Source: Amoebophrya sp. A120
Taxonomy: Eukaryota > Protista > Dinoflagellata
Direction: 5' to 3'
DNA length: 64,000 bases
Assembly (NCBI GenBank): GCA_905178155.1
Contig: CAJINV010000016.1
Location: 897,386 to 961,385, forward strand
Shown: positions 1-11,800 of the stretch, one piece after another
Layout of the letters: the number at the start of each line of letters is the position of its first letter
Numbering within the stretch: position 1 is the stretch's first letter
Position numbers and translations under genes: made by a program
Notes under the pieces: generated by a model
Database searches by the model: none
What the model was told of the DNA's origin: nothing
Seen by the model: only the letters and a program-made list of their open reading frames with translations

Positions 1-251
1 TGACTTGCTCAAACGTTACAATCTCAAACGTTACAATAGAATCTGGAATTTGTGTTGCATGATTAGCATGACAGACTCGCACAGCGTCCCACCTTTTGCA
101 ACACAAATTTCGCCACATTCTAGTGAAGATTGAGACTCCGGATCTTATCATGCGCAGTCCTATGAGAGTTGGCTAGATCATGCACTTCTTGCATCACAGA
201 CTTCCGGATTCTATTGCAACGCTTGAGATTGTAGCACCTGAGCAGGTTATA
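1..251. mobile_element. Introner, family G (left end just outside the window)
   Basis: 1-55 (tgacttgctcaaacgttacaatctcaaacgttacaatagaatc) is an imperfect inverted repeat of ~195-251, which ends in ATA. Shares the ctcaaacgttaca unit with 11111-11345. Confidence 0.75.
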
Positions 252-3200
252 AAAATGATCTTCCTCGACCGGAGAATCGGGGTCGAAGTGTACCCGGTGG
301 ACGGGTGGACCGACCATTTACATGCGTATGCAGTGCAAAAGTATCGTACTCGTACTAATTGCAGTTTATGCATTACAAATCTAGTTCTTAAACGTAAATC
401 CGCATTACAAATTCAAGTCTGTAAGTAATGCTGAGCCAATTTGTATTGCGATTTATACTAGTACGATACAACTTTTGTACAGGATAATGCGCGACTGCAA
501 GCGATCATCCAAACCCGGCACGAGAGTCTGCTCGCAGCAGGTTACAACTGGGGGAACGTGGTGAAGGATGTTGAGCCACTGTACCCAACCGTGAGTTCCC
601 TGGACGAGTTGCAGACGGAGAAGTTACCCGCTTTGCCGGTCAGGAAGTCGAAGCCGGTGTATTGGCAACATCTTCAGGCAATGATGTTAGGTGGGACCAC
701 ATCTTCGCAAAGTACTATGGACAACGACTTGGTGAAATTCCACGACTTCAGTCTCCAATTGCAGACCATCAATGCGAGGTTTGGGATCAAGGACATCGCG
801 TTATCCGACGTGTTTCTTCTCGACAGCTCCGATGGGACGATCGTGAAAATTCTCGATCCCGTCAAGTGCCGGGAAATCTTCGCGCAGGGCTGTCTCAGTT
901 TGAAGGTCGGGGATCGCATTGAAGCATTTTGGAGGAGGCCACTGGATAGCAGCAGTGGTTCTAGTTTGAATCGAAGCGGATCCGCCTCTTTTTCCCGGAA
1001 TCATGGTCGCAGTACTACATCAGGAGCTGCAGGAGCCTCCGCGGCGAGAAGTACAACATCCTCTCCCTCTCACCAGCAAAACCAGTTCCACAAGCACCAA
1101 GCCGACGACTTGCAGCAGATCCAGCAGAGAGGCAGGGAACTTGCCTCGGACAACAACAGCAAAACCACTTGGATCGAGACCCATCCGGTGGAGCGGCGGG
1201 AATTCGTCCGAAGACCGGTTTTCAACTTGCAAAAAGTCCTGATCGTCCGCGACCGGTTCAAAGTTGCAAGGGACCTGACTTCCGTTTTCGACAAAATCAA
1301 AACCGAAAACTTCGACCAGCCGACGGTTGAGAAGATCAAGATGTTCATGCCCGGGTATGATGAGGTCTATCAGAAGGTCCACGGCTTTCCGGTGGGCACG
1401 CGCATCTGGAACAAGATCACCGGCTCCGTGGGCGAAATCGTCGCGGTGGAAAGTAGTTCCATCGGGAACGAACTCTTCGCAACAGTCCGGTTCTGCACTG
1501 ATGTCTGCCGGGAGGTGGAAGTGGCCCAGGCGGTCTTGCAGTTCCCATTGTGGTTTGCGAAACGGGGCTACGCAGTGAACTTTGAGGTCACGTTTGACGA
1601 GTTTGTGTATGTCCGGAATGCGTTTGAATTGGCCATCAGTGACATGGACGAAGAAGCGATTTCGGTGTTACAGGAACCGGTGCAAGAGTACAAGCAGCAG
1701 GAACAAATTGTACAAGCAGCGAATGGACGCGCGAACAATGGCAACCCGAATAATGGTGGTGTACCAGCTAAGAAATCTAAGCCCGCGACCCCGAAATCCA
1801 CTACCTCTGCTTCCAACATCCCTCAAACGGACAAGATCCAGGGCCGGATCCCCGTCGGCGCGGTGGGAATCGTGCGGAACGTCGAGCGGAAATTGGTCAT
1901 GGATAGTGACCACGACGATGGTACTCTGACGGTTGTGTCCGGGAGTACTAACAGTTACCAAATTCTCGACGTGGAATTTCGGTCCCCTCTGCTCGATTTC
2001 GCCTACAGCCGCAAGAAAATTTGGATCGGGGAAGACGCGGACGAGCTGATCAACCGGAACGAGTATAAAGTCGTGAAGAAAATCCGGTTGTTTGACAAGC
2101 ACGGGACCTTCGCTCTCCGCCCGGTGTCGCAAGCCACGCGGTACCAGATTCAGGTGGACGATCCGGTGTGGGGGGAATTAAGCCACTTCAACGCGGAAGC
2201 TGCTTCATCTGAGAGAGGAACTGGACCAGGAGCAGCAGTCGCTGGACATCCTTCTGCTCCACCTGGAGCAGGACCGCAAGGGCCGCACGCTGTGACCACA
2301 CAACCCCCTCTATCGGCTGATGCGATGATGTCAACACCTGTGGTCGTTCCGGCGGCCCGCGCCAAGGAGCCCGCGAAGCCTGCCAACGGGACGATTGCGT
2401 GGCGTCGGGTGCCGTTGGAGTACGTGAACGAAGCCCTGGTGCGTTCGCTGTTCGACGAGGAAACAAAACAAGACTTGATCGACGGTTGGGCGAATAACAG
2501 TCGACAGCTGAAAGAGGATTTGAAGATCATGCGGGCAGTGAGACAGCGACGATTGAGCAACACAGCAAGGACGAAAGCGGAGAACCGAGCGGATGCGGGG
2601 AATTTTTCAGCAGCTGCTGGTAATCGCGGTGGTGGAAATAATAGTAGAAACAACTACCGGGGAAGATCTGTCTCCATCGACCCGTCCTCTGCGACGAGTC
2701 CGAGCATGCATCCCTCATCCTCCGCCAGTCCGTCCCGGGGCACAGAGCCGCACTCCCCAGCGGAGAGTGCCACGTCGCACGGCAGTAGTACGGCGAAAAA
2801 GCGCCGCGACCCCTCTGGTACGAGGCAAAGAGCTGGTGGGCGTGGTGGACCTGAGGCAGCGTCGTCCTCTGGCGCGCGCAGCCATTCCATCGACTCCATG
2901 AGTCCCACAGCAAAAGCACGGACGGAAGCTTACGGAGTGGGCAGTTCTTCTGCCGCGATGAACAGTAAATCTGTTGCATCTCGACCGGTTTCCTCCCCGA
3001 AGCAGGGACCGAGTTCTACTACTCCGAAAGCGCCAGGGGCTGCTGGTGCAACATCATCTCCCGCCGGGTCAACAGCAGCTTCAAAAAGAGTGGCGTCACC
3101 CGCCCCGAAGGCTATGGCGAAACGCGCGGATCATGGGAGTGCTGGCGCGAGGGGGAGAAGCCGGAGTCGGTCGTTCAGCGTGGAGCCGGAGCGGGAGGGT

Positions 3201-5180
3201 GCAGAAGTTGTTATGCAGCCTCCATCGATGACCTCCGCAGCTACTTCGACAACCTACACTGGGACCCCGTTTCCACACACTGGAGGAACAAGTGCAGAAG
3301 TTCCATCTGAACAAGGGCCAAACCAAAGACTCTCGCACCCTACAAGAATTTCTTCCCCACGCGTGGTAGGACCTCATTCTTCAGGCCCTGGTGCCATCCC
3401 GGCCGGGTTCGCCCTCTCTCCCTTGTTGCAAAACGCCCTGGACACCTTTCCGAAGGAATCAATGGAACAAACGAAACCGCCGCATATCACATGTAAAAAT
3501 GTCTGGGTCTGGAAGAGTCATGCTGTTTCTGCATGACACGGAAGGTCTGGCATGGAAGCTCTAGCATCACAGGTTTCGAGAAGCAAGCTTCCGCAATGCC
3601 GAACCCGCATGACAAATCCCCCATTTTCTTTGTGACAGAAAGTGGGCAGCTTTTGCTACCCATGCATGAGAGATTTTTGTGTGTTCTCAAATGCGCATCA
3701 CAAGTTCGGATCCTTCCAGACCCAGACATTTTTGCACTTGATACCGCAGCCGAAGAAGCGACTGACGGCAAAAACGCCGGACCCGGAGTTCATTATGACC
3801 ATCGAGGACCACGGACCAATGGGAGGTGGGTCAACGGCGGTGGATCGTGCGTTGCGTGTTGACAAGTCGGAGGACGAGTTGCTGTTCCTCACCCCCGTGC
3901 CGGAGTCGTCGGAAGCTGGGAAGATGGCGATGCCGGCGACTGTGCCAGAAACGCTTACTTCATCTTCGGACACACCCCCGGCGCAACAGCGCGAGCACCG
4001 CATTGCGTCGAACGTGTTTCAGCAACAGGAACAATTTTCAGCCGGATCCACAGCTGCCTCCTCCAGCACCTGTCCGACGATCGCGGACCAAATCAGGTTC
4101 CAAAAAGCGAAGGAAAAAGCGGAGGAGTTGTTGCGCCGCGTGCCCGTGCAGCCAGTGATGTGGCAACAGGAGAACGCGAAATCGCCACTGGAAATGGTTC
4201 TCTACCCCGCCGAGGAAGATAGCGCTAATTATGCGCAAGATAGAACGAAGATGAAAACCAGCAAAGAGGCCCCCGAAGCAGACGGACAAGTAGAACTGGC
4301 TCGGGCCGCCGTGCCCTTTTCAGTAGAGGACATCGCAGAGGACCTGGACGAGCAGACGAGAACATCAATTGCCGGCGAAGCAGCTGCTGTGCCTAGAACA
4401 ATGACCTCTAGTACAACAACTACAGAGGAACGGACGAAGCGGCGTAGGTTTTCCTCCGGTGAGATTTCCACCGCGTCCACCTCTACCCGAGCGTCCACCT
4501 CCACCCGAGACCCTGCCGGCCGATCTCGATCCGAAGACCCCAATCGCGATGACCACTACGCGCGAAGCCGGTCGGACAGTGAGGATTACGACCGCCCGGC
4601 ATTGGAGTTGCAGCCGAGCAGTCTGCAGTTAGAAAAGGAACAGCGGGAGATCGACATGATTCTGCGACCGGAATTCGAGCGGGTAATGCACATCGAAATG
4701 CCGAAAGATCTTGATGCACCTGTTACCGCCGGAGGAGCAGCGTCGTCCTCGAGTGGGCAGGAAATGAGCACAACTGCAGGAGCACGAGCAGGAGCATCAA
4801 CAGGAAGCAGCAGTGCCAGTTCGTCTCTTGCTGCAAGAGGGAGTGGAACAACAGCAGCAGGTGCTGCTCAGGCGCTGACCTACGCGAGCCCCCCGTCGCC
4901 GAGTGTTGGAGGTAAAATGCTGTGATTGATTTTTGTTGTTGTATAAGCGGTTCGATTCTTTTTCTTTCTCATTGCAGCGAGCTACTTGTTATCGCAATTT
5001 CAAGAATTATATATTATTATTTCGCATTTCCACATCTCAGGTCGCCACCTCCAACCTCCGATGCTGTCGTCTGCTGTCGAAGAAGATTTCCAGCCTGTCT
5101 CCCTTCCGCAGTTAATCGAGCAGAGCTCCCAGGAGTGCGACTCGGTCCCCGCGCTATGCTGGATGAAGTCGCAGAATTGA
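252..5180 (+). CDS. Large low-complexity hypothetical protein, 5'-partial; exons ~252-326, 492-3484, 3749-4911, 5041-5180
   Basis: ORFs 180-428, 558-3536 and 3642-4925 join in frame after removing elements 327-486 and 3485-3743 with one repeat copy each (HLHA|RLQA, KPP|QPKK). A GT-AG intron at 4912-5040 gives a last exon. No recognisable family. Confidence 0.75.
327..486. mobile_element. Introner, family A (TIR tgcaaaagtatcgtact)
   Basis: TAT...ATA ends, inverted repeats, direct repeat ATGCG at 322-326 and 487-491. Confidence 0.9.
3485..3743. mobile_element. Introner, family B (TIR aaaatgtctgggtctggaa)
   Basis: TAT...ATA ends, inverted repeats, direct repeat CCGCA; removal joins two long ORFs in frame. 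Confidence 0.92.
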
Positions 5181-5904
5181 TGACCCGAAGGAAAAAGTGC
5201 ACGAAAATTATGCACGTAGGCGACGCAAGAAGAAGAACGGGATTGATTGATGCTGTTTGATTTTTTTACGTCTTCTGCTCATCCGTTTTCGTTTTCCACA
5301 AGGCGGAGTACACACTTGTAATGAGTAGCATTGTCACCCGTTACCAGAAAATGGATTAGAGCAGTAAAGCTATATTTGTTTTACTATCTGACTGGATTGA
5401 GTTTTTTTATGGAACTTTGAATAAATAATGATTGATGACTTGTTATAGTTCTGTTGGTATCGATTTCGACGTGTGCGGTCGTGCAGGAGAAATTGAAATT
5501 GTAGTATATGACAACAACATCTAATGAGCGATGGATTTGGAGACAATAGAAAAATTGCGCGTAAAAATTTGGACGTCCTTCCACTCCTGCGCGACCGCGA
5601 TTCTTGCTTTCACCACTTTTCATTGCAACTGGAAACAACTACCGCGTTGGTACATGTCGTAGGTTTTTGGAAGTTTTGACGATTTTGGGAATAAAGATCA
5701 GAAAAAGAAATATTGTAGCGGTCTTTTCCCGATCGTGGCAATCTGTGCGTTAGAGTTGTCCTAGCTTGCAACAACAAACGCGCTTGTCATAGATGAAGCT
5801 GAAGAAGTGTCAAAAAGGCATCAAGTCTGTGTTCAAATTTGCTTTCCGGCTTGACGCAGCTATTGGATTGCCTTGGTCCTCTGAGCGTAGTTCGTGCTGC
5901 ATTT

Positions 5905-7270
5905 TTACCGCAGGGGCTCTGTCTGTTAAGCGGCTGCAATCCGCGCGCGGGGGGGACCACGGCGCGCGCGACGCGTCCCGGCTCTGGCGCCATTTGGTTG
6001 AAACAAAAGCCGGCCATGGGGCGCGTGCCCAAGCGGGCGCGGGTTAGGGTGTGAGCGGTCGCAGTGTGCGCGTAGTTTTTGGCGGCACAGAAGGCACGCA
6101 AACCCAGGGCAAAACAGATGGCCGCAGCTGGCACGTACCACGAGAAGGCGGCGGCCTGGGCCGAAGTGGAGCAGCTCAGCAGCCGGGTGCCGTCCGATGA
6201 CGAGGGGCCGAAGGCGCACAACCACACGCACGCAGTCGCTTGGCCGTGATGGGAGACGGAAGAAGGAGCAAGCTCGGGCGCCGGGGGAGGGGAAGGAAGC
6301 GAGGAACCCGAGAAGGGCCCGGGCCCGCCCTCCTGCGACCGTATTGCGTTGGCGCTCGCGGTTGGGGCCTGCCAGGTCGGCCCGGGGCCCTTGCTGGCAG
6401 GCGCCTGCCGCGCATGGTAGTGGCGCCGCGGCCCACGAGCCCCCGGAAGCGGGAGGCCCGGCCCGCTTGGATAGGATGGCGTGGGGCGCCCGCCCGCGTT
6501 CGTAGGGCCTTCCTTCAGTCTATGCAGTGCTTGGCCCCCGTGCCGGGCCGCGGGCGGTCGCGCCCCGCCCCCTCCCTGTGCATGGCGGCGCGCGCAGCCC
6601 CGAGCTTTTTCGAGCTCTAACGGCGCGAACGCCGCCGCCGCCGGGGCCGAGCGGCGTGTTTCTGTGGGGAAGGCGGAAGCACAGCACGCGGGTGCGCTAC
6701 CTATTCGCCCAGTCCTGCACAGGACTGGGCTTCATACACCGCGCGACGAAAATGAACAGGATTTGCGACGAGGGCCGCGCCCATTCCTGTGGTAGAGTGG
6801 TGGCCGCGCGCCGCGGCCCGGGAAATCGCTCCCGCCCCCGTTTTGCAGGCCGGCAGGCGTGGCGCAGGGCCCGCAGGCCCGCCTCCCTCTGCCTTGCTTC
6901 CGGGCGCTGGCTACTCCTACCGGCGAGGGGGAGCGCAGACAGGCCGGCGGATGGCGCCGCTTTGATTGTGTTCGCGCCGCCGCCTCCATAGGCGTGCGAA
7001 AGAAACAAAGAAAGTCGGCAAGGGAAGCAAAGTCGGCGCCGGGCCCGGGTTTTTATCTTTATCCCCATGCGCGCGCCCCTCAGTTTGGGCCGGGAAAGCA
7101 GCTGCTCGAGGCGCTGCTGCATGCAGGGTAGCGGCCGTTTTCCCTTTTTTCGGTCGGGCGGTTCCTCCGGAAATGTCGCGCTTTCCCGGAGTGGGCGCAC
7201 TTTGTGCGGCAACTGGGTGGCCGTGTTGCGCTGGCTTTGATGGAAGACCAGCAGATAGGCCGGCTCATCA
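5905..7270. other. GC-rich island 1 (approximate limits, no credible gene)
   Basis: About 70% GC in a sampled line (6481-6540), visibly higher than flanks; overlapping Arg/Pro/Gly/Ala ORFs on both strands; A and T survive largely as runs. Confidence 0.7.
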
Positions 7271-7713
7271 CCGATTTCATTCTTTAAGAAATGTTGTCGA
7301 GGCGCCAACCCCCCGATCGCCTTTTATTTATGATTTTGGTTTTGTATTTGTTCCGGCGATCGACATCGAGCGATGTCCTGTGTGGTTGACGAGTGTTGTG
7401 AGGTATGTGCAGTGGCTAACTACTTCGGCGCTTCTGCGCGGTGAGCTTGCTCTGGTTGGCCGCGCCGCTTCGGTTGCGTGCCATCATATTGAGATGGACA
7501 CTACCGTTGTAGTTGTTGACTCGTGTGCGGTTGTGTGAAGATTGTCTTCAACGAAAGAGCGGGAGTGCACCCAATGTGACATCTTCTTCTTCAGGCACAG
7601 TATGACTGGTGGATTTTTTTACGCCGAAGAATATGGCGTCAGCAAAAAGTACGCAGCTGATTGGCGCTCTTTGCAACGCCGATATACTTAAGTACTGCTG
7701 CTAGTTGCGCCGG

Positions 7714-8725
7714 ATGGCGACCTTGTCCCGGAACATCATGCTCTCCATATCAATACCAGGCCAACCAAATTATATCCTTCCGGAGCTCATCACGACTGCA
7801 TTGGCAGCAACATCCGGGCGGGCGGAGATGTTTCTGACGATCCCGACGCGGGGGATATGCGACCCCTTGCAGGACAACAGAAGGGGGGTCACATCCTGAT
7901 CTCAAGGTTTCGGGCACGACCCAAGAAGATGACCACAGAAGATGATTCCGGAGGACGGTTTTGTTGATGAAGCGCTCGTGCACATTATCCTATGTAAAAC
8001 CGTCCCCACCCAAAAGTTGTAATGCAAATCTGCATGCTGAAAATGTTTCTCATGCGGAGCCCCATGGTAGCCATTTTCAAATGCTATCTGGTAGTTTGTC
8101 ATGCTGGAATCACGATAAGGTAGCCAATTTGTCATGCCGCTGCACCAGCTAAACAGGATTACACTACGAACCCGATAAACTTGTCATGCTTGACAGCCAA
8201 AACTTGGGGATTTGTGTTGCAGATTTGACAGCTTGACTATACAGAGGGTGGGGACGTTTTTACTCAGGATACACATCGCTTGCGAGCAGAACATTTTCCC
8301 CACTACCTCGCCGAAAACCAAGAGGAAACGCTTCCTGAAGGTGCATGAAACCTTCATGCAAATCTATGAAGAGGCAGAAGGTACAGGGCCTGGAAGAAGT
8401 GCTTCTGCAGTGTCTTTTTGCTTGACAGTAGTTCGTTGCGTCTTCAAGTACAGAAGAAGTGCCAATGATGAATGTCAACGTTGTACATGTTGAGGACAAC
8501 TAATACAGTCGCTTTTGTCGTGTGCATGTTGAGTATACTAGTCTACTCAACATCTTGTCTCATGCTTTTCAAGCGCTCATCATCTAAATCTTTCTCACAA
8601 CTACAGGTGACAGCAGCCAAATCAACAGCGTGCGAGAGACGTACAGTGCGAGTTTATCGAAAGGGAAATCCGTCGGGGGCACACCGCTTCTTCACACCGA
8701 AAATTTATTGCTTCGCTATCATTAG
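7714..8725 (+). CDS. Hypothetical protein exons, possibly the 5' part of the 8811-14138 gene
   Basis: Removing element 7986-8271 gives MIPEDGFVDEALVH|IACEQNIFP. A GT-AG intron is plausible at 8381-8606. Links up- and downstream are unresolved. Confidence 0.4.
7986..8271. mobile_element. Introner, family D (TIR taaaa.cgtccccaccc)
   Basis: TAT...ATA ends, inverted repeats, direct repeat CACAT. Confidence 0.9.
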
Positions 8726-8810
8726 TATCTATGCAGAATCAGTAGCACTAGCTGTGCATGATGCCGCCTATGAGGGACTGCTGGGAGGTATGTTTTGACA
8801 CGCCAAAAGA

Positions 8811-11800
8811 ATGTACTGTGAGTCCAGAGGTGATAAGGAAGTAGCAGGAGGTAAATTAATAAATCGTATATTCTCGCGGTCGCGGTCGTGGTGCGGATGT
8901 AGTCGCTCGCATTTTTCCCTTGCAGACTCTGCACTGCAAAAGCGGTGGGAGCAGCTCCAGGTTATTACCAAGACGGTGCCGGACCAGTTTGTCTGTATTG
9001 GTACGATCCCAGTTGTGACATCGGCGACCACGGCCTCCGTCGCTGCGGCAGGCTCTTCCTCGACTTCTGCCTCTTCCCCGGTGGTCAGCAGCCCCATCAT
9101 TCGCGTCACCACGCCGCCGTTCTACAGCACGAGGAATAACAATTTGAACCCGCAAAATAGTTTTGGCACGACCTCTACCTCGACCTCCAGTCGGGCGCCG
9201 AGCGCAGCGGCTGCGTCCTCGTCCACCTCGCCCCGGAAAAATTCACCACCGGAACAAGGGGGCCGTGTGCGTTTGGGAGCAGGCTCACCAACTTTTCCAA
9301 ACGCGGCAGTTGCACCAGCAGGAGGACCAGCAGCCGCAAATATGACCGCGAAGGAGCAGTACAGCTCGACGGGAGCGGCCCGCGCCAGGGTGGAGCGCGA
9401 AGTGCACGCGGTGGGATGCAGTGGGGGAGGTGGGAGCAGTGGCAGCAGCAGCTCTTCAAGTTCTACTACTACAGCTGGTGGCAAGAAATACAACACCAAT
9501 AATTATCCACCGAACAAACCACCACCGCTCGTTGCCAACAAGGGTGCGGAACCCATGACGCAGGCGGAATTCCTGGACGCGAATGCGTACGATATAACTC
9601 CTGCTCTTGGTTCAGCTAGGTCCTCAAATCCCTCATCTTCGAAAGAGATAGTACACAGATGTACTAGCCCGTCATCCAGCACGACAACGAGAGGACTCGA
9701 CACATCATCATCATCGGCGGCAAGTTCTTCCAGCAGCAGCTCTAGCTCATCCAGTGCTCCTGCGGGCGAGGGAGAAAATATTACAGAGTCAAAAAAAGGA
9801 ACATCATCTTCTTCATCTTCACCCGGAGGTCGTCGGGAAGATGCGTCAACCATCCCAAGGACACCGCCCACGCCCCCGTTGCCTGAAACAAATATTAAAC
9901 TATCGCACCTTGCAAATAATAATATTAACCGAGATCATCGAGACAAGGCACTGCACCAGCAGTCGGCGCAACAGCTAGGGACCACCACGACGAGCAAGAT
10001 CTTGACCAGAAACAAAACGCGGCGACGCAGAAAATCTTCCGCGGCAAGAACACAGCTGCTGCAGCAAAACCCGGGAAGTCATCTGAGCTCCCTGAACAGT
10101 TCCGCAGTGCTGGAAAGCTCGGACGAGGACGGAGAGATAAAGCCGCTGGACATGTCCGAAGTGAAAGCTAGCATCGGAAGGGCCATGAGACACAAACAGG
10201 GCATAGTTGGGGGTTCCTACGGGACAAGCAGTTCGCCCGAGGACGGGGATGATGTACTGACTTTTGAACGTCTGTTTCATCCGTGTTGCAAAATAGAACG
10301 CACGTATTCGTATGAATGTAGGTTTTGGCTTTGATGTTGTAACTAATGGACTGCACGAGGGGAAATTGGCATGATGGAATTTGGATTTTTTGCATGTAAA
10401 AAAAAAACAAACTCTAAAAAACTCAGGGCGACGGGGGCGTCTACAACCACCCTCACGGTGGGGGCCACAGTTCCGTCGGGAGTGAGGACGCGGGATACAC
10501 GAGAGAGGCTGAATCTCCGGACCATTTCAACAGTAGCTCCTCGTCGTCCGCTTCCGGCTCAGAAAGTGTCGACCAAAGAAAACCCGTCTTGTTCCGCCCG
10601 CTGGCGCGAGGAGGGAACAAGTCGCCGGCTTCTGCAGCTGGTGGACCTCCACTTCCAGGGGGGATGGGCACAGCGAACAAACGGGTGAACAATAAACAGG
10701 TGAAGCCGTGTAGAAATGTTGTCCTCTCGACGTAACCTAAATTGTGTGGGTACTCATGAATGAGGTATGATCTTCAAATAAATGATATGCGTTCATCTAC
10801 TTGTGACGCGAGCGCGGAAAAGGAGATGCACATATCTTGCATGAAGAACAAGAAGTGCACAGTATGATTACACAGACCTTCTCGCCTACCCCTTCTCTCT
10901 CTGCACCCAAAACAGGCCGCTACGACGCTCCGCGAGGTTTCGGTCACGACCGTGAAGCCGCAGAAGAGAGCGTCTCTTTCCACCTCAGACGCAACAGACA
11001 CCAGCTACGGTGTCTACCCGGGGCCCTCCCCCGGCGTCGCGTCTTTCCGGACCGGTTGCAATTCGGGTCATTATCTCGGTGGTAAATCTTCCCAAGTGTC
11101 TGTGTCATCCTATGGCGTTCTCAAACGTTACATTCTCAAGTGTTACATGAATTTGTGATGCAAGAATGGCAAAAGTCAAAGCAGGGAGGTTGCACCTGTA
11201 GCATTACAAACTCCGCACAGATTTAGGCGCTGTTTAGCCTTTCCAGATTTGTCATGCGAAGTAGCTTCACCCTGTGGATGTTGATCCTCATTTTGCATGA
11301 CAAATTCATGTAACAGCTGAGAATGTAACAGTTGAGAACGCCATACATCCCGTCGCAGCCAGGCCAGCTCGAGCTTTGTGACTGTGGCATCGCCTGGTGG
11401 TGAGAATTCCTCCTCTCCGCTGCTGAGAACGGCAGGACCTGGTCTTGATGGGAGCAGAAGTAGCGGTGTACTTTCAGAAGTCACGAGGAGTGAAAATGAT
11501 AACGGTGGGACCACAACGACAAAGAACGACGCCGCACTTCTAAGGCCCTCTGGTACTTCTAGTGCCTGCTCGTCAAAGCCGCCGAGACTAACTGGCCGCG
11601 AGTCGATCGAGAGCATGAGCTCTTGCCTCTCGAGGGACGAAGAGATGGACGGGAACGACGAAGACGGGGTGGAGCGGGCTAGTGTAGTAGACATCACCGG
11701 AAGTGCTAAAGCTAATGCAGCGGCGGACGATCATGTTGAACTCGACGCCGACCACTCTGGGGTCACTGGATGTAAAAATACACCAACTACCTCAGGCCCT

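Noticed and set aside
3533-3862. Recurring short peptides such as LPDPDIFA, KNVWVWK, QKYRTRT and YGEGGFF in many small ORFs
   Set aside because: They are translations of introner TIRs, not a protein family.
8067-8077. gtagccatttt, matching the core of the dinoflagellate spliced leader
   Set aside because: Only 11 nt, inside an introner, flanks do not match; compatible with chance.
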